Of a stretch of 64,000 bases of DNA, positions 11,079-21,375 are shown piece by piece. Location: assembly GCA_963706575.1 (NCBI GenBank), contig CAVPNL010000006.1:224001-288000 (forward strand), read 5' to 3'. Origin of the DNA: an uncultured delta proteobacterium (GTDB lineage Bacteria; Desulfobacterota; Desulfobacteria; Desulfobacterales; JAHEIW01). Both the position numbers and the translations under genes were made by a program. The number at the start of each line of letters is the position of its first letter. Position 1 is the first letter of the stretch. The notes under the pieces are model-generated. The model worked only from the letters and a program-made list of their open reading frames with translations. It was not told the origin of the DNA and did not search any database.

Positions 11079-11640
11079 TTGAAAATAAAAAGCGGATTTT
11101 ATCTGTTATTTGTCTTTATGCTTTGCGGTTGTGTAGCAACCTGGGTGGCGGTAGGTGGTAACTATAAAACCGACTCTGAAAATTACGCAGTGGAACTGCC
11201 TGAAGGTTGGCGGCAGTATAATCCAGCGAAAGGATAAACTGCTCATTACTAAAGACGGATTTGCGCTTCAGCGGATACAAATCATGAGGTTAAAAATTGA
11301 TACCGAACTGCTGCATACCAAGAAAAAGTTTGAAAAGGGAATGCTTCCGCAAGAGGCGGCAGAAGTGGTTATTGATAATCTACGCTCCAACCCCAACATA
11401 TTGAACCAAAATGTCGTCGAGAATAAACCGGTGCAGATTGGCGGCCATCCCGGGTTTAAAATTGTCTATACTTACCAAAACAAAGGACGGATTAAATAAA
11501 AAAGGTGTTTTTTGCGGCTTGCTGACGACAAACTGGTGGTATGAGATTATTTATGAAGCGCCTGAAAGACATTACTTTGCAAACAGATCTTGCCGCTTTC
11601 GAAAAGGTTATAGAAACCTTCAGGCTGATTAAAGATGCCG
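11079..11640 (+). pseudogene. Frameshifted putative lipoprotein
   Basis: LCGC lipobox, coding-like fragments over three frames. Confidence 0.45.
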
Positions 11641-11834
11641 CTGCTGAGCCGCGATTCGTCTATGGCGATTGTATCAAAAGATTGGGCTGTCAGACACAAT
11701 GCAAAGGGCTCAAACTGAAATTTATTGCTGATGAGAAATATGGCCGGCGGATTGCAATTGATATTGTAGGGGATTAATTAAATTTGTTTAATACTTGCCG
11801 ATTCGCAAGAAATGGACTGCTGGTCAGCACTTTT

Positions 11835-12512
11835 TCACTGACCGGCAACCTCTTTTTGACAATGCTTGCAAATTTTAGCCCGCTTTTTGATAATCTCGGC
11901 ACAAAAGGGGCACTCCCGGGTAAAAAATTTTTTGTGAATCTTGCTTACGGCTTCATCGACCTTTTTTTGGAGAATCTGGTTGCCGAATGTTACGTTTCGG
12001 ATGGGCTCGATGGCTTCCAGCTCGCCGATATCCCCTATCATTTCAGCGGCTTTAGCCCTTACACGCACCGGCTCGGTTACATCGAGTAACATCTGCAGAA
12101 CCTGGGGGCCATCTTTGCTGACGTAGCAGTCTGCCAGAATTGAAAATCCTTTTTTAATTGCCTCTTTGAGGGCTTCCTCTTGGGCCAGCACCTGGTCATC
12201 GATGACCTGGCCCCGCCCCCCCATGGGGCTGAATACCGGTATTATTTCGAAAGTTTCCGTTCCCGGATAGTTCATGGACCGATAAGAGGCGGTCTGAGCA
12301 TAGTTTTCTTTCATGTTATCCCACCCCTGCTGGTAACAGGAACAATCGTCGTTAAAGCAGATGTACAAATAAGGGGTTCCCCATCCGAGGCCATCGCCAA
12401 CATTGACCGGAGGGACCTCCCATAAGTTCATTTCTTCACCGCAATGTGGGCAGCTGGGTTTTGGATGGGTAAGGATGCGTTCCAGCACCTGTTCTTTTGT
12501 TTCAAAGGTCAT
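11835..12512 (-). CDS. Zinc-ribbon-containing conserved protein with HEAT-like segment
   Basis: CPHC near N-terminus, CPFC/CKHC at C-terminus. Confidence 0.65.
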   Translation of the reverse strand: MTFETKEQVLERILTHPKPSCPHCGEEMNLWEVPPVNVGDGLGWGTPYLYICFNDDCSCYQQGWDNMKENYAQTASYRSMNYPGTETFEIIPVFSPMGGRGQVIDDQVLAQEEALKEAIKKGFSILADCYVSKDGPQVLQMLLDVTEPVRVRAKAAEMIGDIGELEAIEPIRNVTFGNQILQKKVDEAVSKIHKKFFTRECPFCAEIIKKRAKICKHCQKEVAGQ

Positions 12513-12793
12513 TCGTTTAATGTCTCCGAATTATTACAACAAAATGAAAATACGTTCTTGTCTCCGCATGTGCCAACACAGCGCCGGTTTTTTTGCATAG
12601 ATGGGCGTCGTTGGTTGTTAAATTAAGCTCTGTAAACGAATTGTCAACAAATCAGAACTGATTTTAAATCCTGTTGCTTTTTACTTCCGGGTTCAATATG
12701 GTTTCAGCCCAGCTGTGATCCGACATCTTGGTTGACCCGATTCCGTCCGATCGTTATCAGATGTAATCCTGCTAAATTTATAGGTTTATAATC

Positions 12794-13222
12794 ATGACTG
12801 ATTTTAAGGTTGTCTATCGTGAAAAACTGCCGACCCTCGCTGCCTATCATCAGCTGTTTGAGACCACCGGTTGGAATCAAGCCTATCGGGCGGATAAAGA
12901 TGAGCTTTATGAGGCCATTTCATCGAGCTGGTATGGGCTGTCGGCCTATGACAATGATGACCTGGTCGGCTTCGGCCGCATTATTTCCGACGGCGTTTTG
13001 TATGCCTTAATCTGTGATCTGATCGTCAAGCCGTCCTATCAGGGACAGGGTATCGGGAGCACCTTGCTGAATAAATTAATCGTTAGATGTCGCGCACAAC
13101 AAATCCGGGTTATCTGGCTGTTTTCAGCCAAAGGAAAAAGTTCCTTCTATAAAAATTTCGGTTTTGTCGAGCGGCCGACCGATGCACCGGGCATGCAAAT
13201 GCTGACATCCGCGCCAGAGTAG
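12794..13222 (+). CDS. GNAT acetyltransferase
   Basis: VKPSYQGQGIG, FYKNFGF. Confidence 0.9.
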   Translation: MTDFKVVYREKLPTLAAYHQLFETTGWNQAYRADKDELYEAISSSWYGLSAYDNDDLVGFGRIISDGVLYALICDLIVKPSYQGQGIGSTLLNKLIVRCRAQQIRVIWLFSAKGKSSFYKNFGFVERPTDAPGMQMLTSAPE

Positions 13223-13273
13223 ATATCGATAAAACCATTCTCTTATATTCGATTTAACCCAAGGGAGGCACTG

Positions 13274-13603
13274 ATGCCATACAATGCAGAGATTGATGCC
13301 CGCATCCGAAAGATCGTTACCGGCTGGAAAAATGCTGAAGCAAAAAAAATGTTCGGCGGTGTCTGTCACCTGCTGAACGGGAATATGGTATGCGGTGTTT
13401 ACAAAGATTATCTTATTTTGCGCCTGGGCGAAAAAGCGGCGGCAAAAGCATTGAAGCAATCCCATACCAGGCCCTTTGATATTACCGGAAAACCGATGAA
13501 GGGCTGGGTGATGGTGGATGGTACGGGGTTTAAGACTGACGACAGCCTAAAATCCTGGTTGAAAAAAGCCAAAACCTTTGTCAAAACCTTGCCGCCCAAA
13601 TGA
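13274..13603 (+). CDS. TfoX N-terminal-domain protein
   Basis: KKMFGG, PMKGWVMV. Confidence 0.8.
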   Translation: MPYNAEIDARIRKIVTGWKNAEAKKMFGGVCHLLNGNMVCGVYKDYLILRLGEKAAAKALKQSHTRPFDITGKPMKGWVMVDGTGFKTDDSLKSWLKKAKTFVKTLPPK

Positions 13604-14130
13604 ACACGATCGGCCAAATCCCGCAGATTGCCCAACTGCTTAAGGGCTCAAACTATATTGATGTAAAAACGATAGAGGGGCAAACCTCTCTGCGCCAGTT
13701 TATTGCTGCGATGCTGTCTTACTATCCCCGGTGGATCGTATTTCTATACCGTATTCGCACCATCCTCGTTAAACTGCTCGGCCTGGTTAAACATCCGGCG
13801 CCGGAAGCACTCCCCAAACTTGGCCCGCAAGATGTCTCTTTTGTGGTGGGTGAAGCGGTAACCTTTTTCACGGTGCGGCTGGCAGAAGAAAAACGCTTTT
13901 GGGTCGGCGAAACGCCCGAGGATAAGCACCTGAGTGCCTATTTTGGTGTGGTTGTCGAACCCTTGCAAGATCATCGCAAACGCTTTCACGTGGCGACTAT
14001 CGTTTATTACAAACACTGGACCGGACCGGTATATTTTAATTTGATTCGCCCATTTCATCATTTAGTAGTTGGCAGAATGATGCGGGCCGGCGTTCAACAG
14101 GCCCATCGGGGCGAAGCCCCTAATGCGTGA
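13600..14130 (+). CDS. DUF2867-like protein
   Basis: DKHL, YFNLIRPFHHLVV. Confidence 0.7.
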   Translation: MNTIGQIPQIAQLLKGSNYIDVKTIEGQTSLRQFIAAMLSYYPRWIVFLYRIRTILVKLLGLVKHPAPEALPKLGPQDVSFVVGEAVTFFTVRLAEEKRFWVGETPEDKHLSAYFGVVVEPLQDHRKRFHVATIVYYKHWTGPVYFNLIRPFHHLVVGRMMRAGVQQAHRGEAPNA

Positions 14131-15487
14131 TTTTTATCACCACCAAAGTCATATCGTCTTCGAGTTTAACGTCTTTCTGAAAATGCTTTAATGAATTCAG
14201 GATCGCATCCTGGATGTCGTTTGCGGTCTTTGTGGCATTGCGGCGGATAATTTGGTGAATCCGCTCCTTGCTGAACATCTCACCTCCTGGATCGCGAGCT
14301 TCCCAGATGCCGTCTGTGGCGATAAGGATGATTTGTCCCGCTGCGAGTTCTTGTTTCGCTTCCTTGAAATCCGTATCTTCAAAAACTCCCAACGCTAAGT
14401 TGTTGCCGCCATTAAGGTCGCTAAAGGTATCTGTAGCCGGGTCAAAAATCATAGCGGGCTCATGTCCGGCATTTACCCATCGTATGGTTTTATTGGGTCT
14501 TTCGATTTCGGCATAAAACAATGTCATAAAGCGACCCGAGTCTTTGACGTCTTTTGCAAGCTGCCGGTTTACATCTGAAACCACCCGGTCGATGCGGCCG
14601 AAAGCAGAACACCGCTGCCGGATAAGGGCACGTGCAGTCGCCATTAACAGAGCCGAAGGAATGCCGTGGTCCGAGACATCTCCAACGACCACACCGATTT
14701 TTCCCTCCCCGGGGGTTCCGACTTCCAGAAAATCATAATAATCGCCCCCGGTTTCATCACAGTAGATACTTTTTCCGGCGATATCCAGCCCCTCAATTTG
14801 CGGATTTGTTTTTGGCAGCAGATTTTGCTGGACCTCCATAGCCAGTGAAAGTGAATGGCGAACCCGCTGATGCTCTTTGTCCAGGGCGGCCATGGCCTGC
14901 TCTCTGGCGTGAACAAAATACCGCAGGAGAATAAAAACGATTGCAGAAACGCCACCGATGTTCATTACAAATGAAAAAACGACAAGGGTATTCGAAAGCG
15001 CGCCCTGCTGCCAGCCGCTGCCGCAGGGTTGAAGGCCTGAACTAATCATTAGCAGAACATAGGCAATAAACCAGGGGATTGATCGGGTGGTGCCGGCAAA
15101 CATTAAGGCACCGATTGGCGCAAGGATTGACCAGAGAACGACTGCACCGGAAGCGGTAAAGCCTCCGAGACTCCACTGGAGTAAAAAGGGCAGGATTAGA
15201 ATGAGTGTCAGCTGGCTGCGGCAGAAAAATTTATAGTGCTTTGTTTTAAAAAAATACAGCAGGCTTACCGCTGAAATGAAGGAATAGCTTAAGGGAATGC
15301 TCCCCGACACCGGGAGGCCAAAAAGTAAATATCCAAAGCCCCAGACGATCCCCGCGATAGTGTAGATAACTGCCAAAAATATCAGAACGGCTTTGCGTAC
15401 CCGTTCTTCTTCGGTGTCCGTTGTGAAGCTGCCCGCTTTTGAGAGGCGCTCGATCCAGAAATCAATTAAGTTTATTAATTTATCCAA
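14120..15487 (-). CDS. Membrane-anchored PP2C/SpoIIE phosphatase
   Basis: N-terminal TMs, GGDYYD, GDVSDHG, NAGH, TDG, DDMT. Confidence 0.88.
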   Translation of the reverse strand: MDKLINLIDFWIERLSKAGSFTTDTEEERVRKAVLIFLAVIYTIAGIVWGFGYLLFGLPVSGSIPLSYSFISAVSLLYFFKTKHYKFFCRSQLTLILILPFLLQWSLGGFTASGAVVLWSILAPIGALMFAGTTRSIPWFIAYVLLMISSGLQPCGSGWQQGALSNTLVVFSFVMNIGGVSAIVFILLRYFVHAREQAMAALDKEHQRVRHSLSLAMEVQQNLLPKTNPQIEGLDIAGKSIYCDETGGDYYDFLEVGTPGEGKIGVVVGDVSDHGIPSALLMATARALIRQRCSAFGRIDRVVSDVNRQLAKDVKDSGRFMTLFYAEIERPNKTIRWVNAGHEPAMIFDPATDTFSDLNGGNNLALGVFEDTDFKEAKQELAAGQIILIATDGIWEARDPGGEMFSKERIHQIIRRNATKTANDIQDAILNSLKHFQKDVKLEDDMTLVVIKITH

Positions 15488-15631
15488 AGCGCTGATTAAT
15501 TCTCCTGTTTCTGCAATACCATTCCAGTTCCTAACTTTTTCGATATAAACATAGATCCTCGGGCCACAAAATTTGTATCGAACCGCAATTTTGAAAAAGG
15601 TTACATTGTTTATTTGTAGATTTTTCCAGAT

Positions 15632-16834
15632 TCAGAACACGGGCATGGGCATCTGGCCCCAGTAGTTTCGCGGTGCCGTGGATTCAACATTCTGCACTTT
15701 TCCATTGGCGGTATCCACATCCACCCGTAGCAAGGGTAAGTGTTTGACCGTGAAGGCCAGTGCTTCGTTGCCTGAAGCGTACTCCCCGTTTGGCCAGGTC
15801 AGTTGAGAGAAAATCAGCCGCATGGTGCCATCCCCCGTTGCGCCCATCATCTCATCGTGACCGCGGCGACTTAAAAATGGAAAAATAAACCCGATTACAG
15901 CGCCAAACGACCGCCGGGACCGCATGCGCATAACGGACATATCAGGCTGGGCAAAAAGAGCTTGCATCATGTATTGTTTGGGCATGATATGTACCATGAA
16001 TCCTTTTTGCCCCTGCTGTTGTAATTTTTCGATAGCGGCGGCAACAGCTCTGTCCTGAAAGGCGAAATCGATAATACTTTGCATCGATTCATCGGTCTGG
16101 GGCATTATCGAAACCGCCGTTAGCTTTTTTTCAGGAATATATAGTATGGATGTTTTGGAAATTGTATAACCGTGCAGACCAAACGCCCCCGCAGTAAACA
16201 ACACCAGGCAGACCCAATAAGCCAGCCCCAGCGCCAGCTTTTTCGAACGGATCCAACCGAACAGAGAGCGAAAAATTTTAGCGCCCGGCTCACCCGGGAG
16301 AAACATGGCCGTGTGCTCCATGTACGCGCGGTAGCTTTCCCCATGCTTTGCCAGCATACGCTGTTCCTCATACCGCGCCAGCAGATAGTAGACAAATAAC
16401 ATACTGACATACAGGATCAGGATAAAAAAGCGCGGCCAGAACAGGAGCAGGCCCAATCCGGCGATGGCGAGAAACAGATACTGAGGATGGCGAATCCATC
16501 GATACAGAATTCCGGTCACCACACCTTTGCGGCGAAACTTGGCCGCGTAAACCTGGAAAGCGCCGATCAAAAATGCTAGAATTCCAAGGGAGAACAGGGT
16601 TCGACCAAAACCGTTGACAAAATTGAGAAGACTGCTTTTGGAGACGACGGCATGGGGTAAGAAAAAGCCGGTCAGCCAGGCAGTGGCCGGAAAAGCATAG
16701 AGCGCGTTAAGTAACGGGCCATACCCGGCATAGAAATAGGCCGCAAAGGGGCTGATCATGATGATGATTTCGAGCCCGATTAACAAATAAAAAATCACGA
16801 CAGAAGTGCGAACAACTTTTCCTTGCAAACTCAT
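15632..16834 (-). CDS. Isoprenylcysteine carboxyl methyltransferase-family membrane protein with C-terminal extension
   Basis: GILYRWIRHPQY, EEQRM..HGESYRAY. Confidence 0.75.
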   Translation of the reverse strand: MSLQGKVVRTSVVIFYLLIGLEIIIMISPFAAYFYAGYGPLLNALYAFPATAWLTGFFLPHAVVSKSSLLNFVNGFGRTLFSLGILAFLIGAFQVYAAKFRRKGVVTGILYRWIRHPQYLFLAIAGLGLLLFWPRFFILILYVSMLFVYYLLARYEEQRMLAKHGESYRAYMEHTAMFLPGEPGAKIFRSLFGWIRSKKLALGLAYWVCLVLFTAGAFGLHGYTISKTSILYIPEKKLTAVSIMPQTDESMQSIIDFAFQDRAVAAAIEKLQQQGQKGFMVHIMPKQYMMQALFAQPDMSVMRMRSRRSFGAVIGFIFPFLSRRGHDEMMGATGDGTMRLIFSQLTWPNGEYASGNEALAFTVKHLPLLRVDVDTANGKVQNVESTAPRNYWGQMPMPVF

Positions 16835-16894
16835 GAGATCATTTGCTTCCTTTTTTTTTAGTTGAGGGGTCGGGGAGTTTTTTATTCAAAGCGT

Positions 16895-16967
16895 GTCATT
16901 CCCGCGCAGGCGGGAATCCAGAAATGTTCTGCTGAAAAAGCTGGATTCCCGCCTGCGCGGGAATGAC
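16895..16967. repeat. REP-like inverted repeat pair
   Basis: GTCATTCCCGCGCAGGCGGGAATCCAG...CTGGATTCCCGCCTGCGCGGGAATGAC. Second copy near 56460-56530. Confidence 0.8.
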
Positions 16968-17014
16968 GGGAAAAACTCCCCAACTGCTCATTTATTTAGC
17001 TTGTCTAATGTGGT

Positions 17015-17761
17015 TTATTTTCCAGCACGGATTAATACCCCTTCTGTAGCTGGTGAGCTGTTGAAACCCGTTTTTTTGACCAGTTCAGCATTCACAAAGC
17101 CGGCCCTTTGAAGCATTGCCAGGAAATCCTTTCCCGGTATAGCCCCGCCCTCTCATTGAGCCCAACTCTTAATTATTTTATCTTTTTCCTCGGGCAGCTC
17201 GCCAATGAGAATTTCGTCTGCCACCATCAGGCGGCCGCCGGGTTTTAAAACGCGGTAGATCTCACCAAAAGCCCTGGCTTTGTCGGGGACAAGGTTTAGG
17301 GCCCCATTTGATGTGACAACGTCAAAGTCTTCGTCTGCAAACGGCAAATTTTCAGCAGATCCTTCCTTAAAGACAACATTTTTTAAATCAGTCTTTGAAA
17401 GATTCTTTTTCGCCCGTTTAAGCATCGCCGGTGTTAAATCGACCCCTACCACTTTTCCCGTTGGCCCTGTCATCATCGCGGAAAAGAGCGTATCGACGCC
17501 GGCGCCACAGCCCACATCCAGTACCTCATCCCCTTTATCGACGGACCCCAATGTGAATGGATTGCCCACCCCGCAATATGAAGCGGCAACTTCCGCGGGT
17601 AACGCCTGCAGGAGTTCAGGATCATATTTTAGAGTTTTAAGTCCCTCATGGCCCGTGGGATAGCGAAACAGGCCATCCGGATTTTCAGCGGCCTTCGAAT
17701 ATGTTTTCCAAATCGTTTTTTGAATCCATTTTTTATCTTTAACCGTAAATTGAGTTTCCAT
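17015..17761 (-). CDS. ArsM-like SAM methyltransferase, predicted selenoprotein (Sec203, TGA 17153-17155)
   Basis: SYCGVGNP, LDVGCGAGVD. KSWAQ-TGA-EGGAIPGKDFLAMLQRAGFVNAE...GK-TAA parallels ArsM WxxC.xGA. Hairpin CCGGGAAA-gga-TTTCCTGG at 17119-17137. Confidence 0.82.
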
Positions 17762-17788
17762 GCATCCACCCTCTTTTGCAAAGACGAT

Positions 17789-18052
17789 TTACTGAAGGCC
17801 TGCCCGGATAGCCGCTTCCAGTTTTCTTTTGGAAATGTCCGTCCCTTCGACGACAATTTCATCCCCTACCATTATCGCAGGCGCAACCGGCAGATCAAGC
17901 TCGAAATATTCGTCGGTCATATATTCATCTTTTGGTTTTTCGATCGTTATCATCTCGATGTCGTATTTGGCACCCAGCCTGGGCATCATTTTTTTAAAGT
18001 GCTTTCAGGGCTTCCCATTGGGCAGGTTCATGAAAAATCTGACCTTCAACAT
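17789..18052 (-). CDS. Small thioredoxin-fold protein, predicted selenoprotein (Sec16, TGA 18005-18007)
   Basis: AGGAGG RBS + MLKVRFFMNLPNGKP-TGA-KHFKKMMPRLG...LPVAPAIMVG. Hairpin at 17971-17985. Confidence 0.8.
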
Positions 18053-18088
18053 GAAATCCTCCTTTTTGAAAAAGTGTTAATTTCTTAA

Positions 18089-19828
18089 TTATTCAGTTTT
18101 CCTAATTTCTGCCATTCGCACTAGAAATTGATCGGCCGGCAAAAAATCAACCAGGCGCAGATCGCGTCGTTCCTTTCCCCAACTGTCCAAAAAGATAACC
18201 GTGGGGACACCTTTAACGTTAAATTGACGCAATAAATCTTCATAGACCGGATTGCCTTTTCGGGTGAGGTCAATCTTTATCATGCTAAAATCTGTTTTAG
18301 CCTGTTTGACGATTTCAGGATTATGAAAAGTGACTTCATCCAGTTCGCGACAGGGAGCACACCAGTCGGCATAAAAATCAAGGATCACCGGCTTTTTCAA
18401 TCTCTGGGCATCCACCAGTAACGGTTCCGAGTAGGGCTGCCAGGCGACACCGGGACCGTGCATCACCCATGAACCAATAAGGGCCGTGGCGATGATCAGT
18501 CCGGTTATGGCTGTACCGGTTCTAAGCCACTCGAATCCCCGAAACTCGGCCCGGCTCCGATCTATCCAGCCCAGGTGTAATGCTGCTGCCAAAGCCACGG
18601 CGGACAGTAAGAACACTTTTACGGTACCGGGTAATAACGGCTGAATAAAATAAGCGGCCATGCCCACCAGAATCCAGCCCAAAAGTTTTTTTACCCACAG
18701 CATCCACTCACCGGAGCGGGGAAGTTTGCGCAGCTGTCCTGAAAACAGGGCCAGGAAAAAAAGAGGCAGACCCAGACCGAGGCTCAATGTAAAGAAGATT
18801 AAAAATCCGATCCAGATGCTTCCGATAGTGGCGACCCAGGTCAGCAGACCCAGGATAAACGGGCCGATGCACGCGGAGGCCACCACGCCTAATGTCATTC
18901 CCATAAACAGGCTGCCAAAGTAGCCGGAATAGGATTTTGACGCGGCCTGTGACAAACTGTATGGGAGTCGCATTTCCCAGAGTCCAAAGAGACTGGTGGC
19001 AAAGAAAATGAGTACGGCGGCCACCAGGACGAGCACGACGGGGTGTTGCAGTAAACTTCCAAGCATCCCGCCGCTCAAGGCCGCAATCACCCCGAGCACC
19101 GAGTTGGTGATCGCGAGTCCTCCGATATAACAGGTCCCGTGGATCAACAATCTTCTCTGGTTTTGACCACTTCTACCGCCGAAATAGGAAACCGTAATCG
19201 GGATTAAAGGGTAAATACACGGTGTCAGGTTCAGGGCGATTCCGCCGGCAAAGATTCCCAGAAGTGTCCATATCATCGCCCAGCCCTCTAAGGGCCGTGA
19301 CTGCTGGGGCGCAAGCGATGTTTCAGAAAGCCCGGCCGGAGAGCTGACAACGGGCAAATTCTTTGCGTGCCACTGCGGATAGCCCATGGGATCGCGAAAG
19401 ATATTTTTATAACCCAGTGTTACGGCCACCCGGGCCGCCGAGTCACTGCGGACTCATGCCAGCCCCGCTCAGTAAAACACGATGAAACGATTTTTGTCCG
19501 GCCCCAGAAATTTCTCAAGGGCGCCTTTATTTCGCCAGCGCGACAACCAGGTCGGCTCCATGGGGAAATTAAGGGCGCCATTGATGTGCCCGGTGCGGTA
19601 TTCCCATTCCTGACGGGTGTCCACCAGGAGTACCGTTTCAGGGTCTTTTTGATAGCGGTCCCATAATGCATCGGTGTCAATAATCCGGTAGCCGCCCTGC
19701 TGGGCCTCGGCCAGCACATCGTTCCAGGTTGCCGCCTTGGGGGTGACCACCCGGTTGGTGTGCCAAAGGTAACCGGCAGTAATGGTTATGGCGACTAAAA
19801 CGAAAACAGTTTTTTTAATTGCACTCAT
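18089..19828 (-). CDS. Rhodanese-DsbD(beta+gamma) fusion, predicted two Sec (TGA 19469-19471, 19454-19456), 579 aa
   Basis: IVFY-TGA-AGLA-TGA-VRSDSAARVAVTLGYKN joins two ORFs in one frame. LTPCIYP, ACIGP and WCAPC are DsbD motifs. Two hairpins at 19440-19455 and 19422-19438. Confidence 0.88.
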
Positions 19829-19919
19829 CTTGCCTATTGTCCGGTTGTCGATTCTGAAAAATAATTTATAATATTTTTTGGTAGTACTCCTGGCCAACCG
19901 CCATAAGGCGACATCGGAG

Positions 19920-20597
19920 CTATGCCTCTTTACCTACAGAAATTGGAAACCCCAGGGCTCGCAAGTCCTGGATTCCCTCTTCGAGCCGCACTGCCTGAAA
20001 ACCCCTTGAACGAAGCATCTCCACGGCCTGGATCGAAAGCACGCAGTATGGACCCCGGCAGTATGCCACGATTTCCTGATCGCGAGGCAAATCCAACAGG
20101 CGCAGTTGCAGCTCTTTAAGCGGGATGGAGATGGCCCCGGGGATGTGTCCGGCGTTGTATTCTTCCACCGGGCGGACATCCAGAACCGTGACTGCTCCTT
20201 TCCCAACCAGCTCCAGAAGCGATTTGCGATCAACCGGTTCCATACCCTCTCTTCCCTCCAGAAAGCGACGCTTGATTTGTTCCACCTCCGCCAGTCTGCT
20301 TTCGGCCAGAACCCGCATGGTGAGGAAAAACTCGCAGACCTTTTGATCGGCAAGACGGTAGTGAACAAATAGCCCCTCTTTTTCGGCCTCCACCAGGCGG
20401 GCTGTCCGCAGAACCTGCAGATGCTGGGAGGCATTTGCGACCGTCAAGCCGGATTCTTTGGCCAAAACCTCGACAGTTCGCGGGCCCTGGCACAGCAGAT
20501 CCAACAGCTCCAGTCGTTTCGGACTGGAAACCGCTTTTCCGATTCGTGCAAACTGCTCATAAATTGCATCTTTAAACACACGATTTGGATTTTTCAT
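19920..20597 (-). CDS. ArsR-family regulator fused to rhodanese domain
   Basis: SSPKRLELL, NASQHLQVL, DVRPVEEY..GHIPGA, YCRGPYC. Confidence 0.92.
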   Translation of the reverse strand: MKNPNRVFKDAIYEQFARIGKAVSSPKRLELLDLLCQGPRTVEVLAKESGLTVANASQHLQVLRTARLVEAEKEGLFVHYRLADQKVCEFFLTMRVLAESRLAEVEQIKRRFLEGREGMEPVDRKSLLELVGKGAVTVLDVRPVEEYNAGHIPGAISIPLKELQLRLLDLPRDQEIVAYCRGPYCVLSIQAVEMLRSRGFQAVRLEEGIQDLRALGFPISVGKEA

Positions 20598-20612
20598 TTC
20601 ATTCCTCTTTAG

Positions 20613-20660
20613 TATTCAATAGATTAATTGAATATTAAAATAAACCGATTCCTTTGTCAA
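20613..20660 (-). promoter_or_regulatory. Promoter and ArsR-type operator for regulator/selenoprotein operon
   Basis: Minus-strand TTGACA-17-TAATAT, perfect IR TATTCAAT-n6-ATTGAATA 20613-20634. Confidence 0.7.
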
Positions 20661-20780
20661 GAAAAAGGCGACTTAGGTTAAAAAATGTTGGGTCAAAGAC
20701 CTATCGGAAAGATTTCGACCCATAGAGGAAAATCGTGTAGGCGGAAAAGATCTTACCATCAAATGCAATTTATGGAGAAT

Positions 20781-21346
20781 TTAAAGGCTGGAATTCTGAT
20801 ACATTTTGAGGATTTCTACTTCGCGTGAAAGCCTTATCATGGTGTTCGAAAGTGCGTTAATCAGGCCGTCACCCGTACGAAAATGCTCCTTGTCAGCCCA
20901 GCTATCTTTTAATTGATGCATCCAGCTGTTGGGTGCAGGCGGTACCTTATTCCAGCCGGCATACGGAGCATAAAATAGATAAATATCCCAGGCAACGTGC
21001 CCGTCCCACCCAATACTCTTTGCGATCTCTTTTCCAACAATTTGATCTTGATCGTAAAAATGCCGGAATCTTTTATCACTTAAATACTTAACAGATGGAA
21101 GTGCGGCTTCTATAGAATCATTATCAAGTATTGGAATCCAAACAATTGAAGCAGCGATATCCGCATCCGGAAATTTTGTGATAATTGTCTCGTGTACCGC
21201 CCGGGCACCCTGGTCGCGTCACAATGGACAAGTCGGCGAGAGTAAGGCCAGAAATCGTATTTTCTCCTATTGTTATTAAATTGGTCTTTGAGCGGGTCTA
21301 AAAAGCTGTTCAGCGTTACTATATTGTTTGATTGGTTGATCTCCAT
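20781..21346 (-). CDS. Thioredoxin-fold protein with CxxU (TGA 21219-21221), frameshift near 21260
   Basis: ...LKDQFNNN / IRFLALLSPTCPL-TGA-RDQGARAV...VWIPIL...RHFYD...AWDIYLFY...WMHQL, open to TAA 20781. Confidence 0.75.
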
Positions 21347-21375
21347 TAAACTGGGTCCTTACTTTAAATCTTTTT

